64,000 bases of DNA from Podarcis vaucheri (GCA_965113315.1 OZ220368.1); one strand, 5' to 3'. Counted from the stretch's first letter, positions 24,198 through 38,013 are shown. Program-made: numbers and translations. The notes: generated by a model not told the origin, from the sequence alone.

Positions 24198-25614
24198 AAC
24201 AAATAGAAAACAGACTGTATACAACAGTGACCCCTACAGCACTATGCTTTCACAAGGTAAAAATGAATGTTCTCTCCAACATCACCAACCCAGGATTGTT
24301 GATTTCAATGTAATTTGAATACATTGGATAATATAGTTAGAGACCTTTCCACCACCTTTATTTATAGAACTATGCACCTGGGAGAAGGCTGTAATCTCCC
24401 TGCCTTTAGTGCAAGTGAGAGAGAATAAGGAGTATTAATATATAGTACCGTTAAATTAAGTCCAGTAGCCTTGCCACATTGGTTAATTAGACCATCCTGT
24501 CATAGTGAAAAATACAGCATTCTAATGACTTTTAAATGTGGTACAGGATAGCAGAAATTATAGTTACACTCAGCCTCTGAGAACTGAATTCCTTACCTGA
24601 AGAATCCCACCCCTCCCTCCCTAATAGCCAAGGCACCCCCATGCCGGGGTTGTTTGTGCAGGAAGGCTTGACTTCCCAGAGTTGTGCTCTTTCACCTTGG
24701 AAGGTGCTCCAATGCACTTGGTTGGCCACAGTTGCCTAGGCAACAGCACCTCAGGATGCTACTGGCACAGAAAGAACTAAATAAATGTGTCGGTCAGGTC
24801 CCTTTTGGGAACTTGGTTTTCGTGCGGCAAGGATGCCACACCCCCCCCCCATCTTAACAAGAGAATCCCAAGCAGTGGGTCTCTCACTCAAATGGAAAGT
24901 TCATAAGGGATTTGCTGACAAATATGAGGTCACTGGACACATGTCAATAGGACCAAGCATCTAATAGCTGCTGGAGTCCCACCTGACAGACAGGCTTATG
25001 AATAAAAGGCTTTAGAAATAAGCATTAAGTTGGCTCCAGCTCTGTGAAATTGAATATTCTACAAAGGACTGAAGAGGGAGTGGAAGGGTCCCAGAGCTGT
25101 GAGCCAGCCACTAATATTAATCTGGGGCTGCCCGAAAATGGGCAGCACCACCTTGATTGAGACAACAAAAGAGTTAAGGGCGGGGGAAGCAAAAGGAAAT
25201 TCAAACCCCACCACCTCCATTCTTCTGTTTTGCTTGAGCAAAACATTAAGACTTGCAAAAGAATTTAAAAAAGAAAAGATATAAAAGACTAAGTTTAACT
25301 ATTTTACATATATAAAAGATCCCATTCCATCCACCCAGTGACTCTCACCATGAAATGCTGTCAAGGGGAGGAGGAGGAGTGGGGGCATTAACAGAAATTC
25401 ATCTGGAAATTGGAAACGCTAGAAGCTGGTCCCACCTTTGGCGCTGTGGCAATGAACCCAAATACTGTGGTCAGAACTGGTTGGTCATGGGGAGGCTTGA
25501 TGCTGCAACAACAGCAGCAGCATCTGCACAGAAGGACTAACAAATGGGCGGCTGGCTGGGAAGAACCCGTCTCTGCTCTTGGACATTCCCGCTGCAACTG
25601 GCTGAAAGCGCTAG
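24135..25614 (-). other. PTPRF: PTPRF 3' UTR (~1.5 kb; end approximate)
   Basis: Follows the stop codon, has no recognisable TE, and ends in an AATAAA cluster followed by a GU/U-rich downstream element. Confidence 0.75.
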
Positions 25615-25683
25615 TTACGTTGCATAGTGATCGAAGCTGCCAAGGTACTCCAGTGCAGCCCTGTAGCACAGCTGATACTGGTC
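25615..25683 (-). CDS. PTPRF: PTPRF last coding exon ([22 protein letters not shown])
   Basis: cag acceptor; 22 codons plus TAA at 25617-25615; canonical LAR-family C-terminus. Confidence 0.97.
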   Translation of the reverse strand, partial: DQYQLCYRAALEYLGSFDHYAT

Positions 25684-26430
25684 CTGGAGAAGAAGGAAGA
25701 GAATGGGATTAGCAAAAAGCCTCTAAAGGAGACCACCACTTCTATCACATCATGGTGCAAATACCTGCAAGCGGACTCCTTCACCACCTCACTCTAAAAG
25801 AGGCAGCTGGCTAGCACCAAGCCCTGCATCTGATGTAAAGAGGGGCCATTTTGCTCAGATTAGTACATTAAGCTTAGATTGGGAGTGAAGTTCCAGTTAA
25901 ACTGCAGGTGGGAGAGCAGCAAGCTGACTGTATGGGAAACCCAAGTACTGAATTTTTAGCAATGTAATTTTCTCTCATGGTGCACCAGTAAAATATGTTC
26001 TATATAAAAAGGAGGATGAATTATGGATTTATGCTCTCCGTCTCATGACCCATCCAACCACTGGTTCTGATATCCTTGCACTACACAAAGAACAGCACAG
26101 AATCAAAGGTCGCATTGATCAGGTGAAAGAGAGGCCAATCCAAGCTGCCATCAAGTTAGACCAGAAAACAGCATGGGTTCTAACCAGAGGATAGCCACTA
26201 GCCATGTGTAATCCTTTGCAAGTGCTTGCTGGCACTGTTATTGTGCACAGTATAACCATGACTACCTTTTAGGACTAACCCAGAGTGGGGTTTAACTCAT
26301 GGTGAGAAATCTTGGCTGGAAGGCGCTCTGATGTGGCTTCATCAGTCTTGACTGATCCAGCTGTCTCACCTTTTTAAAGCCTTTTACAGGCTTCAGAAGA
26401 TGCTGTAGATACTGTGCCAGTCATAGCTTA

Positions 26431-26801
26431 GCGTAATGCTGGTGGTCAACAAAAGAGGTTTAAAGACTGTCTCAAGGCAAATCTAAAAAAAATGTAGTAT
26501 AAACACCAACAATTGGGAAACACTTGCCTGCAAGCACTCCAATTGGAGAACAGCCTTTACCAAAGGTGTCATGGGCTTTGAAGACACGCAAACTCAGGAT
26601 GCAAGGGAGAAATGTGCTAAGAGGAAGGCACGCTTGGCAAATCCACACTGTGATCAACTCCCACCCAGAAACCAATGTCCCCACTGTGGAAGGATGTGTG
26701 GATCCAGAATTGGCCTCCACAGTCACTTACGGACTCTTTGTTAAAACTGTGTTTATGGAAGACAATCTTACTCGGCTATGAGTGATCGCCAAAGGAGAAG
26801 A
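26431..26801 (+). mobile_element. RTE-clade LINE 3' fragment in the last PTPRF intron
   Basis: Translates RNAGGQQKRFKDCLKANLKKCSINTNNWETLA...(frameshift)..CPHCGRMCGSRIGLHSHLRT, the RTE C-terminus with a zinc finger. Confidence 0.8.
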
Positions 26802-26991
26802 TTGTATATACCCTATATATCTCATAGAACACATCAACATGGGAATGGGGGCAAGATTGGTGGCTGCTTGCCTACTTACAGAGAAAGTTACATCCCTTTT
26901 CCATACTGAAAGCAAGTGAAAGCAAAGTTTTGGTCCTAAATGCTTGCCCCCAGTCCTCTGTGCAGCAGCAAGCATGTGGCTGGTGGTTTAC

Positions 26992-27127
26992 CTCTGTTTG
27001 CACCATGGCTGGTCGTTGTGTCCTCAAGGTCTTCACAGTCTGGAACATGTCAACTACGCCCTCATAGCGCATGCGCTCCAGTACAATGCTTAATGTGATG
27101 AACACCCCTGTGCGTCCGACCCCCGCA
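26992..27127 (-). CDS. PTPRF: PTPRF D2 exon ([45 protein letters not shown])
   Basis: 136 nt; cag/gtaaa. Confidence 0.97.
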
Positions 27128-27433
27128 CTGCACATAAGGAAGAGAGAAAGAGACACAGTGAAAGGGAACTGAAGCATCAAAAGATCACAAAGATCAAAAG
27201 AAGCTCTCCCAAAAGCTAAAATATCTCTCTACAAGTGCCACAATGTTTTTGTGTGCTCAAAACTACAAAGCAGAGATTTCCCCTGCCTTTTACCAAGGAA
27301 ATGGCTTCTATACCTAGAAAGGTGAGGCCATCTCTGCAGTAGTAATCTAGCTTTCCCCGATGACCCCAGCCTCCTCATCACTGGCACACAGCACCTAGCC
27401 AGCTTCCACGGACAAGCAAACAGCAGAACTTAC

Positions 27434-27588
27434 CTGCAGTGTACAGTGATGGGCCCATCCTGGCCAAACTGCTCCTTGGTTTTATGAACTTGCCCAATGA
27501 AGTCAATGAAGCCCTCTCCAGTTTTTGGTACTCCCTGCTCAGGCCAGTCCGTGAACTGGAACTGCCGGATGGTTCTTGACTGTCCATC
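27434..27588 (-). CDS. PTPRF: PTPRF D2 exon ([52 protein letters not shown])
   Basis: 155 nt; tag/gtaag; WPE loop. Confidence 0.97.
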
Positions 27589-27975
27589 CTAGTTGTGGTT
27601 AAAGGGAGATATAGTCACTGCATCCTCTCAAAACACACGGCAGCCTTCATGGTCAGGCCTTTCCTACTGGTGCCAGAAAAGCCTTGAGGAGGGGAGGCCC
27701 AGCCGACCTTAAGCAGATTTCTTTTGCCCCTTAGTGAGTATTTTGTTTTATATAGCAGGGTGTAGTAGATATAAACACAACTGAAATCCTTGCTTCTGCT
27801 TTCCAGCTGTCTCAGCCACTTGACACACAGTAACACCAATGCAGAGGGTGATAAAGCAATGGACAATCAGATGCACGTTGAAGATAAAGCCCTTCTGTCC
27901 TGTGCTACTTGCAATTTCTGAGCAGTAATGGGAAATAAATATTGGGGAATTCAGGGTAGGCTGTGTGGTACTCAC

Positions 27976-28101
27976 CCTGGCATCAGTGACCTTGAACTCA
28001 CGCAGAATGTACTGGGGCATGTTGTATTCAGCCATGGGATCCACCACAAAGTACTGGTACCGAGCAGAACGCTCTGCTGGCCAGTACTGGTGGCATTTCT
28101 C
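27976..28101 (-). CDS. PTPRF: PTPRF D2 exon ([42 protein letters not shown])
   Basis: 126 nt; cag/gtgag. Confidence 0.97.
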
Positions 28102-29022
28102 CTGAAAAGCAAAGGAAGAGTCAGAATTGTTACAGTCAAAATGTGTGATGTGACTGAAGCTTGAATATTTTAGAGTGAGGTCCCTTTTGACATCTTGTCC
28201 TGTTGGGTAGTACAATACCCACACAACTCCATGCTCTAATATGCGCAGCAAGACACTGATCTATTTCTTCCCTCCTGCCATGATGTGATTGATTAGGCTC
28301 CCCTTGCTCCTGCACACCTCCATTTCCCATGACTTCCTGATTAGCAATCAGCCTGCTCTTCCATGCCAAGTTACTAGGTAGAAAACCTCAGTTCTAGCCC
28401 AAATGCCCCTTTTTTGCTGGCTCTGGGCAAAGCAAGAAACCTGAAGCTGCTAGCTCCTCTTAAAGTTTGAGCGGGCCAGGGGGATCAAGTCCATTGATGG
28501 TTGCAGAGGATACTTGTTCACCAACTGGGTCCCAGCAGAGCTAGTCAGCCATGTAGCTGGAGATGAATGACTCCTGCAGATTGCGTGCTTATTGAGCATA
28601 CATTCTGATTTATTTAAATAAAGCTGACAAGGAGGTTATACAATGCTCACTGTTTATTCAGCAATCACCTGATTTGTTTGTGGGGAGGTTATATGACTTC
28701 ATGTCCATCAGTTGCTATATTTCTGGTGCATTTTCCCATCACCACAAAAAAGTCATTTTTGTTGTTGTGCAAGAGTTTTAATTCACTTCAATAGCACAAA
28801 CCTAAATTTACTCGTATGCAACTGAATCCCTCCCACAAAACAGTTACAGTCTGAAGACGTCAGTGCAATGAGCTTCACCTTTAGCAGTGACTTCAGTACC
28901 CTCTAGCATTAGGAGAATGAAAGCAAAATATTTACTCCCAAGACTGGGCCGTACACCTGGAATCTCACTGGAGAAACAGCCCCAGAATAGACATCACTTG
29001 GTAGCTGAGAGTGCTAGCTTAC

Positions 29023-29149
29023 CCGCCCCATCTCTCGCAATTTGGTCAGCATCACCACAATGGTAGAGTTGTGCTCCCACAGCATCCGCCAGAAATCCTC
29101 TGTAGTTTCAGCAAGGGGTCCCTGTGTGGCAATGTAGGCCTTTTGCTGC
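29023..29149 (-). CDS. PTPRF: PTPRF D2 exon ([42 protein letters not shown])
   Basis: 127 nt; cag/gtaag. Confidence 0.97.
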
Positions 29150-29610
29150 CTGCAAGGTATCAAAAATTTCAGAGTGGTAGATGACTGACACTTCTGGGAT
29201 GGAAAGGAGATGCTTAGCAGTTAGGTCTAGAGAACTAGTTAAAGGGGAGGAGAGGAGGACTTGTGCCACACATCTGGCTCTCTGATAGCATCTAGCTGCT
29301 TCCTTCTGTAGTCCTTGCCCACAACCACCTGTTCCGCTATGAGATCAATAAGGCTATCAGAGGTCCCTTGATGAAAGTAGAGTATTAACACAAAGGCACT
29401 AAGTAATTAGCTAAAGTTACTCAATGTGAGAAGAGGCATATTATATAAGTTGGAGTAACTAATGTTATTACACCAGTTGGATCTTCTAAAATGCACACGT
29501 GGGGTGAAATATAATACCAGAGTAGTGCTACAACTCTACAGTAAGCTTTTTGTAAAATTGTGTGAGTTCCTTTGAGGTGTGCAGGAAACACTGGTATAGG
29601 ATGCGTGTTG

Positions 29611-29957
29611 TAAAGGTAAAGGGACCCCTGACCATTAGGTCCAGTCATGGACGACTCTGGGGTTGCGGCGCTCATCTCGCTTTATTGGCCGAGGGAGCCG
29701 GCGTACAGCTTCCGGATCATGTGGCCAGCATGACTAAGCCGCTTCTGGCGAACCAGAGCAGCACACGGAAACGCCGTTTACCTTCCTGCCGGAGTGGTAC
29801 CTATTTATCTACTTGCACTTTGACGTGCTTTTGAACTGCTAGGTTGACAGGAGCAGGGACCAAGCAGCGGGAGCTCATCCTGTCACGGGGCTTCGAACCG
29901 CTGACCTTCTGATCGGCAAGTCCTAGGCTCTGTGGTTTAACCCACAGCGCCACCCGC
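29611..29957 (-). mobile_element. Sauria SINE
   Basis: Reverse complement of the 4478-4824 family; TSD TGTTGTA (29606-29612 / 29959-29965). Confidence 0.93.
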
Positions 29958-31602
29958 ATGTTGTACATGACCCCAAAGGGTGGAATTTCTGCCACTGCAA
30001 AACTCTAGCTACATTGCTGACTTCACAGAAATTAGACAGTAGTGAGCAAATACATACACAGACCCCGACATATGCTACCAGTGAAGACAGTGAATCCTGT
30101 TTCCACAGTGATATGTAGGAAAATAAGTCAGAAAATTGAAAAGAGAATCTGTGCCATCTGTATTCTACCACTATGGGGCACTACAGATCCTTGAATGTAG
30201 TCTTAGGCTCTCAGCCTTATCCACTCTCATTTAATCTCTCCACTGGTGCTAAAAATTAATGAATCTGTTGTAGGACAGCTGTAATGTGTGGGACAGAGAT
30301 GGAAGCTGTTCCAAGGTGGATTTATAAGACATCATAAAAGGCAGGAGTGGGGCGGGGGGAGGGGAGGTGGCAGAAACAAAGGCGCTAATAAAGATGCAGC
30401 TTCAGAGCCGCCTGTAGCTCCTTGGGCCAATTGATCTCTTTAGATAAAGTGGAGAACGATTGCTCACTTCAAAGGGAAGGACGGGAAGAGATAAACAGGG
30501 GCCTGCAGGGACGGTTTAGGTAGGACATGAAATGCTACCACCTGCTGCTTTGGCACACATTTTTGCCAGCGCCCCCCTCCCAATCTTAGCAGCTCTCTTG
30601 CAGCACCAGACACATGGAGGTGGCGGCTCTAACACACTCTGGGCACTTGAAATCTGAAGCAGATAAGTGGCCAGGACCTCATCTGCTCTTCTGTTTCCAG
30701 GACAGCAGCCTAGAGGCCTGGCATCAGGCTCCTGTTTTGCACTGAAAAGCCTCCCCATGTTGCTGGACCTCTGCCACTCAAATGCTCTCCTAAGATATTT
30801 TTGGCACTACCAATTCACAGCTGTTTTTGTAGCCTCATGGGGTGTCTCGGAAATGGGGGCAGGGAGTAAGTTATAGGACAATGCTTCCTTTGCCCCCACG
30901 CAGAGGGTGCAGCCCTCCTCAAGGATCCCCAAGTCCATTTTGGAGGCAGATTTGCTCTTCTCACTGTTTCTTTGCTTTCAAGTGGCAGGATGCATTTCAG
31001 TTGCTGTTATTGCAGAACTGTGAACAACTTTGCAAGACAATCCCATTGTGGGAGGTGAACTGTACAGTTGGTTCCCAGCAGTATCTTGGCTAATGAAAAG
31101 CTGAGGATGCAGGAGCCAGTACCTGTCACCCCCAGGCTAATAAAGCCTGAGAGGGAAAAGGTAACTTCTATCAGGATCCCAGGCTCTGGGGAATAGGCAG
31201 CTTGAAAAAAGCCCCATGTTTGCTAATGAAAGGCTACTGTCTGTGCTCTTATTGAAAGATAGAGCTGTCCAGCTTATATTCAAATTTAAAAGTAATTTAT
31301 ATACTATAAATATATTTATAACTAAATATTGAACATACCTATTTTAGTAATTTATTAGATTTCAGATGATAATTCTAAGATGCCCATTTAAGGATGTAAG
31401 CTTCAATTTAAAATTATTTTAATATATTAATGAAATGTTGAAATATTTAGGATGTGGTTAATGTTATGATTTCTACTGATACTGTATAATAGCATCATTT
31501 TTTTAAAAAAAAGAAAAGTAAAGAAAAAAGAACACAGAGAAGCAGCAGCACAGCAACATCATAGGAGGAGAGTTTAAACTCTGTTTAGAATGACTACATT
31601 AC

Positions 31603-31781
31603 CTATAGCCATCTACAAAGCTGGCATTGATGTAATCTGAGCCCTCGACGCCTCGGATTGGCTGCAGGCAAACCCGTGTCAGCTCATAGGGCATAATATT
31701 CACCAGGCGGTTTTTGAATTTGTTGCAGGGGAGGTTGGCACTGATGAATCGTGAGGTATGTGCTTTAGAGTTGGCGAGGAG
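31603..31781 (-). CDS. PTPRF: PTPRF D2 exon ([60 protein letters not shown])
   Basis: 179 nt; cag/gtaat; KNRL D2-type loop. Confidence 0.96.
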
Positions 31782-32686
31782 CTGTTAGGGGAGAAGTACA
31801 GATTAGAGGGGGACAGGGGGACACAGAAGTTGTAACTACTCTGGGAGGAGCAGCTCCCATATGATGTACACACATTTATTCACTCTACCACATAGAATAA
31901 CGACCGAGGTAGCAAAAGATGCAGGAAGCTGGGCTAAAGCAGCCCCTCTGCCCAGCTGAAATATAGGGGCATTCCAGCAGCCTTGAAAAGGAAGAAAATT
32001 CCTGCCTACCCTGGCAAAGGTCCTGAGGAGGCAAGACCCTGGGAGGATGTCTTTTCAGCCGAAGTAGGGTCATTTTACCCATGATGCAGAGACAAGCTCA
32101 GCAAGGATCTATAGCCAGTCACAACTCCATGATGAGCATACCCTGTTCTTCAAGTTCACACTATAGATTTTAGATGCACATTTTAAAGCATCTTACTTGT
32201 ACACCTAAAAACATAGGCTTGTGTGTGTGTGTGTGTCTTAGGTGGGTACTTAGGGTCACTCTATAGTATTCTTCCCCTGGGAGCTCTTGTTATTTGCTTT
32301 TACGCATTAGCACCTTACTAACACTCATTATAACATCATTCCTGACCTGCTTAGAAGCATGTACCTTGCTCTTCTGAGCAACCCTTGCCTTCTGTCTCAA
32401 GCTGGGGACTTCTAGCCCATGGCTGAAATATCCTATGCTTAGAGGGAGCCTCAGCACAGGACATTGCAGAAAATACCAAAATTTGTGAGATTGGTATTTT
32501 AAGACGTTTGTTAGCACTCATCAGGACCCAAACCTCTGAAGAAGAAGGGGAGTGGGACTCTCTGGCGGTTTTTAACACAACTGGGTTAAACTCTACAGCT
32601 CCCTATCTTCAGAGGTTGCTTCTTAGAAAACATCCAACTTGAGGAGACTTTAATATTGGGACACCCCCTCCTCCAGGACCTTGCTA

Positions 32687-32688
32687 GT

Positions 32689-32725
<37 letters not shown>
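32687..32725. repeat. (GT)n(GA)n compound microsatellite
   Basis: Read directly from the sequence. Confidence 0.95.
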
Positions 32726-34737
32726 TTGAAACTCTGGTTGAGCCCAGCAGTGTCTCCCATTCATTAGACCTCAGAAGGAGAAAGCAAGCCCCATGTATAC
32801 TTCTAAGCAGCTCTAGGAAGAGCTGCGGCAAACAGGTCCTCTATAAATGCCACCCATTCCCGGCTGCTCAGTGCTAATTCCACAGCTCCAGGAGATAAGC
32901 CCTTGTTTAGCCTAGTAGCCTCTTCTCCTTGCAGGACAGCTTCCTTGCTTGGCAGGAAAAGGACAATCTTTCACATTCTCTACCAGAAAGAGTTAGGGGA
33001 CCCTTTATGGATGTGGTGCTAGTTTCTTTCTAATTGTATGAGGACTTAGAGATCTGTTTTGCTCCATGTAACTCACTTTCCACTCCTTTCCCCCTTAATT
33101 TTTCCTGCAGCTCTACCCATCCACTTCTTTCACTCTGTGGCTCCTGCTCTGATGTATGGCATGGCACATACAACCAAGTTGCTTTCAGAAACAGGGCTGC
33201 AATCTGAGCTGCTGACATCTGTTGAGGTCTACTACTGACTGCCAGAGGCCTGTTGTTCCTCCTCATTATCACTGCCTACTTGCCTCCACTTTCCAGGCAA
33301 TAAGCATCAGCAGTAAGAAGCAGACGCTGCCACCTGCTTCCATGTCTGCCTTTCCCTCTGGTTGGCACTGGGAGCAGGCTAGGCCTAGTTCCCACTACCA
33401 CTGAGTGACAGCTGTTCACTCTCCTCACCAGTATCAATTCAACCAGTCTCTTCTATCATCTCTCTTGGGAGTGGTGGCGGTCGCAAGGAAGAGCAGCATC
33501 CACTGCCACCTGCTTGCCCCTTGGCTCTTCTGGAGTGAGTAAGCAAGCGGCAGTAACTCCTCCTCTTCTCATTGCGAGGCTGTTACCGCTCTGCTCACTC
33601 ACCCGCAGAGGACAGCAAGCCAGTGGTGGGCAAAGCAAGCCATCTAGCAAGTAGTGACAGTAGCTGCTCTTGCTTGCTGCCATTACCTCTCTCACGTTCA
33701 TTGAGCAGTGATGTCAGAATCCAGGAGCAGCAGCATGGCACCCCCCACTTGTTCACTTCTCCTTTGGGGAACTATTGGGGATTGGGAATAGGTGCAGGTG
33801 GAGGTGAGAGCCTTGTCCAATCCCCCACCCCCAAAAAACCTCCAGTGTGAGCAGTGTTCAGAGCAAAGAGGCAATGCTGTTTTGCTCTGTGCTGTTTCCA
33901 CAGCAAGTCAATATTTTGACTCCATGGCTGCTGTTTTGCAAGAGGCTATTCCCAGGGTAGAGCGGGGCTTCCGCAGTCTGTTTCACACTCTACATGCTTC
34001 ACTGCTTCCCCACAGGAACTATCTCCCCCCCCCCCAGCCTTTGCTGTACAAATGCACATCATTGGAGAATGTGGGCATTAGCAAAAATTGCAGCCTGTAT
34101 CAAGGCTGTAAGAAAAAATTGGTGTGAAGCCGACACAAGTGTGGGTGTTGGTGCTGGCAAGCAAAGACAATTGTGACAACCAGGGGACTTTACTTCCTTA
34201 AATTGCACCAGGCAATATGCCAGCTAAGCCTGACAGTGGCCCTCCCTCTCTCCTCCTCCATACTAGGGAGAAATACAAGTGGAGCAAGGCAGGGGGCACT
34301 GGAGCTGTTGACATCTCAAGTATTTAAACTAGAAGCATTTCCAGCGAAGTTGTTCATAGTGACATCAATTACCACTAATGCCCAATCTGCATCTGATTTT
34401 GGATGCAGCTCCAGCCACTCTGCAAAGCAATGTTGCTGAGAACTTCATATCAATCTGCTTTTTTATATCCTTGCCAGAAGCTGCCGTTCTAGGAGGGAAA
34501 TGTCGAGGACACTCACTCTGCAATGCAAATATATTTTAATCACTTCCTACCTGGTTTAGAAATTTACAAATGAATCATTATCCCTAGAAAATCTCCCTTC
34601 AACCCAAGAACCGACTCTTCATAGTTGCTCACAGATCTGTGGGGGATGACAGGCAGGGGTGCCAGTTCCAGCTGAGCAGCCCCTTGATCACTCTGTGTGT
34701 TGACATGTGGAAAAATTGCAAATGCTCTTCTGCTCAC

Positions 34738-35023
34738 CTTAAACTCCAGTTCCATTGCTGTGACACTCTCACCCGGAGGTACCTGACTCAGCTTCTGGAT
34801 GTGAGCAAAGAGGTTGCGTGCGGGCACCTCAGTGTTTCCACAGGTGGCTGCTTCAAGCAAGGCCTCGTGGATGAAGATATACTGATCCTCAGTCTGCACC
34901 ATATAGTTTCTTTGTGAGCGCATGCATGTCACATGCCCATAGATGTCCACTGTCTTCTCATGCTTCATCCTCTCAAGCATGGCATCAATTACAATGAAGC
35001 AGCCTGTCCTGCCCACACCGGCG
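34738..35023 (-). CDS. PTPRF: PTPRF D1 C-terminal/linker exon ([23 protein letters not shown]...[11 protein letters not shown])
   Basis: 286 nt; cag/gtgag; completes the CX5R motif and Q-loop (MVQT). Confidence 0.97.
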
Positions 35024-36102
35024 CTGTAAAAGCATGGCACAAAAACATGAAATAGTACTTCCTTCAGAGTCAGTTCTAAGCCTTCACCAAGCCCTACCCC
35101 AACCCACCGCATACTGCAGGGACTGATAATCCTCAAGTTCACACTTTCTCCGAAGAACCCTCAGAGAGGCAGGTTAACGCACCTGAATAGAACAAATTGA
35201 ATGAGGATTCTGCACTATGGTCTCTCTGCCCCCACCCTGTGCACACTTTCTGAGTAATGTTCCTTCTTACAAAACCAGCAAACCCAAATCTTCCTTGGTG
35301 GAGGCTTTTTGAAGTGTATAGCTTGGTCCTGCTCCCAGTGCACAAACCAGCACAACCAAAAACACGCCAACAAACAACAAATGTGATGTCTGGCAGCTAA
35401 GAATTCTACAGCAGGACATCTCCTTGCTGCTGCTCATGTCAAATTCCTAACAGGGTTTTAATAGGGAGAGAGCGTGTGTTAATTATACACCACTCCCATC
35501 TGAACCAGAGCATGAAGGGAGAGCATTAAATACCGTTTCTAAGGAGTTCGTGAGAGCTGCAGTGATGAAGTGGTTTGTTCAGTAATAGTTCCCACTCAGC
35601 TACAAGAGATAAATCACTGGCCAGATAAGATGCTGATTCCTAGTGAACTAACGTTTGTGGCTGAAGCAGTCATTTCTTTCCATCCTGAAGTGCAGCAAGA
35701 GATTATATGTGTGCACATGCAGATGGTGTGTCATGCTCTGTAAATAGATGGCATGTGTATGTTTGTGCAGAATGGTGTCCCATATGTTTTTGTGTTGTGA
35801 ATGCACATACTTGTTAGCAGAATATGAATGTTTGAGCTGTAAGTTTAGATTAGGCATAAAAGTTTCCTGAATTGTGTATGCATGGTGCTGGGATATTTCA
35901 TCTTGCTGTGTGGTTCAGTTAGATATTCTACCTTGAAGGTTCATTTTAATATGTTGTAGCTAACCTAAGCCTTCAGGTACAGGGGGGAAATAGAAGCAAG
36001 TCAATAACAGAGTAATAATTGCACATTTTATGGATGCTAAAGTATGCTTGCATTTTATGTGAGATGGATTTGTGGGTTTCTGTCATCAGTATTATTGCCA
36101 TT

Positions 36103-36210
36103 GGTTGTTGTGAGGATAAAATGGAGAGAGGAAAAGCCATGTACCCCACCTTGAGCTCCTTGGAGGAAAAGGTAGGATAGAAATGCAATAAAATAAATAT
36201 ATAATAAATA
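36103..36210 (+). mobile_element. MIR/CORE-type SINE 3' tail
   Basis: ggttgttgtgaggataaaatgg...ccttgagctccttggaggaaaagg..A-rich tail. Confidence 0.6.
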
Positions 36211-36462
36211 TGCAGAATTCCCCTCTGAAATGTTTTAATTTTTAAAATATTGTTGTTGCTTCTCAGGTAAAAATAGTGAATTAAGTGTTGCGATGATGGG
36301 CACTGACTGCAAAGTGCTGCTTATGCTAGCAGAGTAATGCTGATTTCATTGCTCTTGCAGCAGCAGCGGCGCCAGGCTGACTGTAAATCCCAACAGGTGC
36401 ACCCCTGCCAAAATACAGAGACTGGCAGGCCCTTCCCATTCCTTTATACTACTAGTCCTTAC

Positions 36463-36617
36463 CTGCAATGTACAACCACTGGCCCAGCATCAGGGGGGTT
36501 GCAGGCTTTTACTCTTCTCAGGAAGGCTAAGATCGGGGTAGGGTACTCCGGCACCCCATGGTCAGGCCAAGCCATAAACTGGAACTGCCGCAGCTCCCGC
36601 TTTTCACTGGACCCGTT
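36463..36617 (-). CDS. PTPRF: PTPRF D1 exon ([52 protein letters not shown])
   Basis: 155 nt; tag/gtaag; WPD loop and catalytic HC. Confidence 0.97.
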
Positions 36618-38013
36618 CTATAGAAGAAGCCAAAATATGCCAGCTAGTGGTGGTGCAGTGGACAGTGGGCTTATTTCTCTGGTTTAGAAATTCCATGCCT
36701 TCAGACACTTCAGGGCACAGGATTACTGTACACCAGGGATGGGAAACCCTTTGTTTCAGCCCAAGGGCTGCACTGCCTCATGGCCACAGCCCTATGGTGG
36801 TTGGGCCAAAACAGAGGGATGGATGACAAAAGCTCTCTTCAATTGGTAAAATTTCAATGGGTCTTTTTGAGGTGGGGAAACAACAGGGATGAGTGTGCTA
36901 CATTAGCCCCTTCATCATTTTGCCTTCCAACTTGTGGAAGAGGACTGTGTGAAGTAAGCAGCCTTTTGTGACTGTAGATGCTCCCTGCATGTTGTACAGC
37001 CACATTCTGAACATCTGGAGAGGACTATACTCTCAAGTGTTCACACACACAGCAGATACATACTACCATCCTACATGGCACACACAGACGTTAATACTCA
37101 CCTCCCCCCACCCTACAAGTAATTAGGCTTGGGGGAAAAGCCTAATTCCCAGAGGGGAAAGAGGCAACATTTATGGTGATTGCAGATTGGGAGGGGACAG
37201 TTAATTCTTCCCTCCCCAGCCGCAATCTCAACGAAGATTGTTCTTGGAAACAGCCTCTCATTTGAGCCAATAGAAGGCTGCTTTCTGTGGGGAGGAGGCA
37301 ACTTTGGGTGGTGGGGCCACAGTATATGGGAAAGGGAGGGTTAATTCTTTCCTCTCTAACTCTACACACTCATGCCTCCTCCCTGCATTAAGGCTTCAAA
37401 ACAGACTATTGTGTGCTCAGAGGAAAGGCTGTTGCAAGCCCAGTTGCTGCTGGGTGTGGGTGTGTGGGTGTGACACTGAAGAGGGGAAGCTGTGGGTTAG
37501 ATTTGGAGGCTTTAGGGCTGCACATGGCACCTGGCCGGTGGTTCCTCATTCATTCCATACACTTCCTTTCATAATATGTTCACAATCTGTTCTGTTCTAT
37601 TTTTGTTTCATGCTGAATTTTTGGCTGTCCACTGTGATTTGTTGTTTGCTGTATTTTATCAGCTGCTTTGAGAGCCATGGCTAATAGCTGTAGAGATAGA
37701 CGGAATTCCTCAGGCCATTCTAACCTTCAGGTTAGTTCACCAGCACAATGAGAACACACGGCTTGGCCTTCACTGCAAGGCCAAGATGCACAAAGAATAA
37801 GCTCCTTGGCAGAATAAGGCAAGACTGGGCTGGGAGTGAAATGTGTGTAGATGGCTCTTCCACTTCAGCCTGTATTTGATGATGGGTTCTCTCACTTCAA
37901 GCATCTGTGAAAGAGTCAGTATAACTCCTTGCACTTTCATGTAACTCTCTGGGAAAGATACTTCCTGGGCGCTCTTGCAAGACCTTGACTGCCCACTTTC
38001 CTTCCTCCTTTAC

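Noticed and set aside
31270-31535. Very AT-rich block ending in an A-rich tract
   Set aside because: Possibly a retroelement 3' tail, but there is no diagnostic motif or TSD.
34564-35142. 192-aa ORF as a standalone phosphatase gene
   Set aside because: Only 34738-35023 is exonic; the remainder is intron read-through bounded by canonical splice sites.
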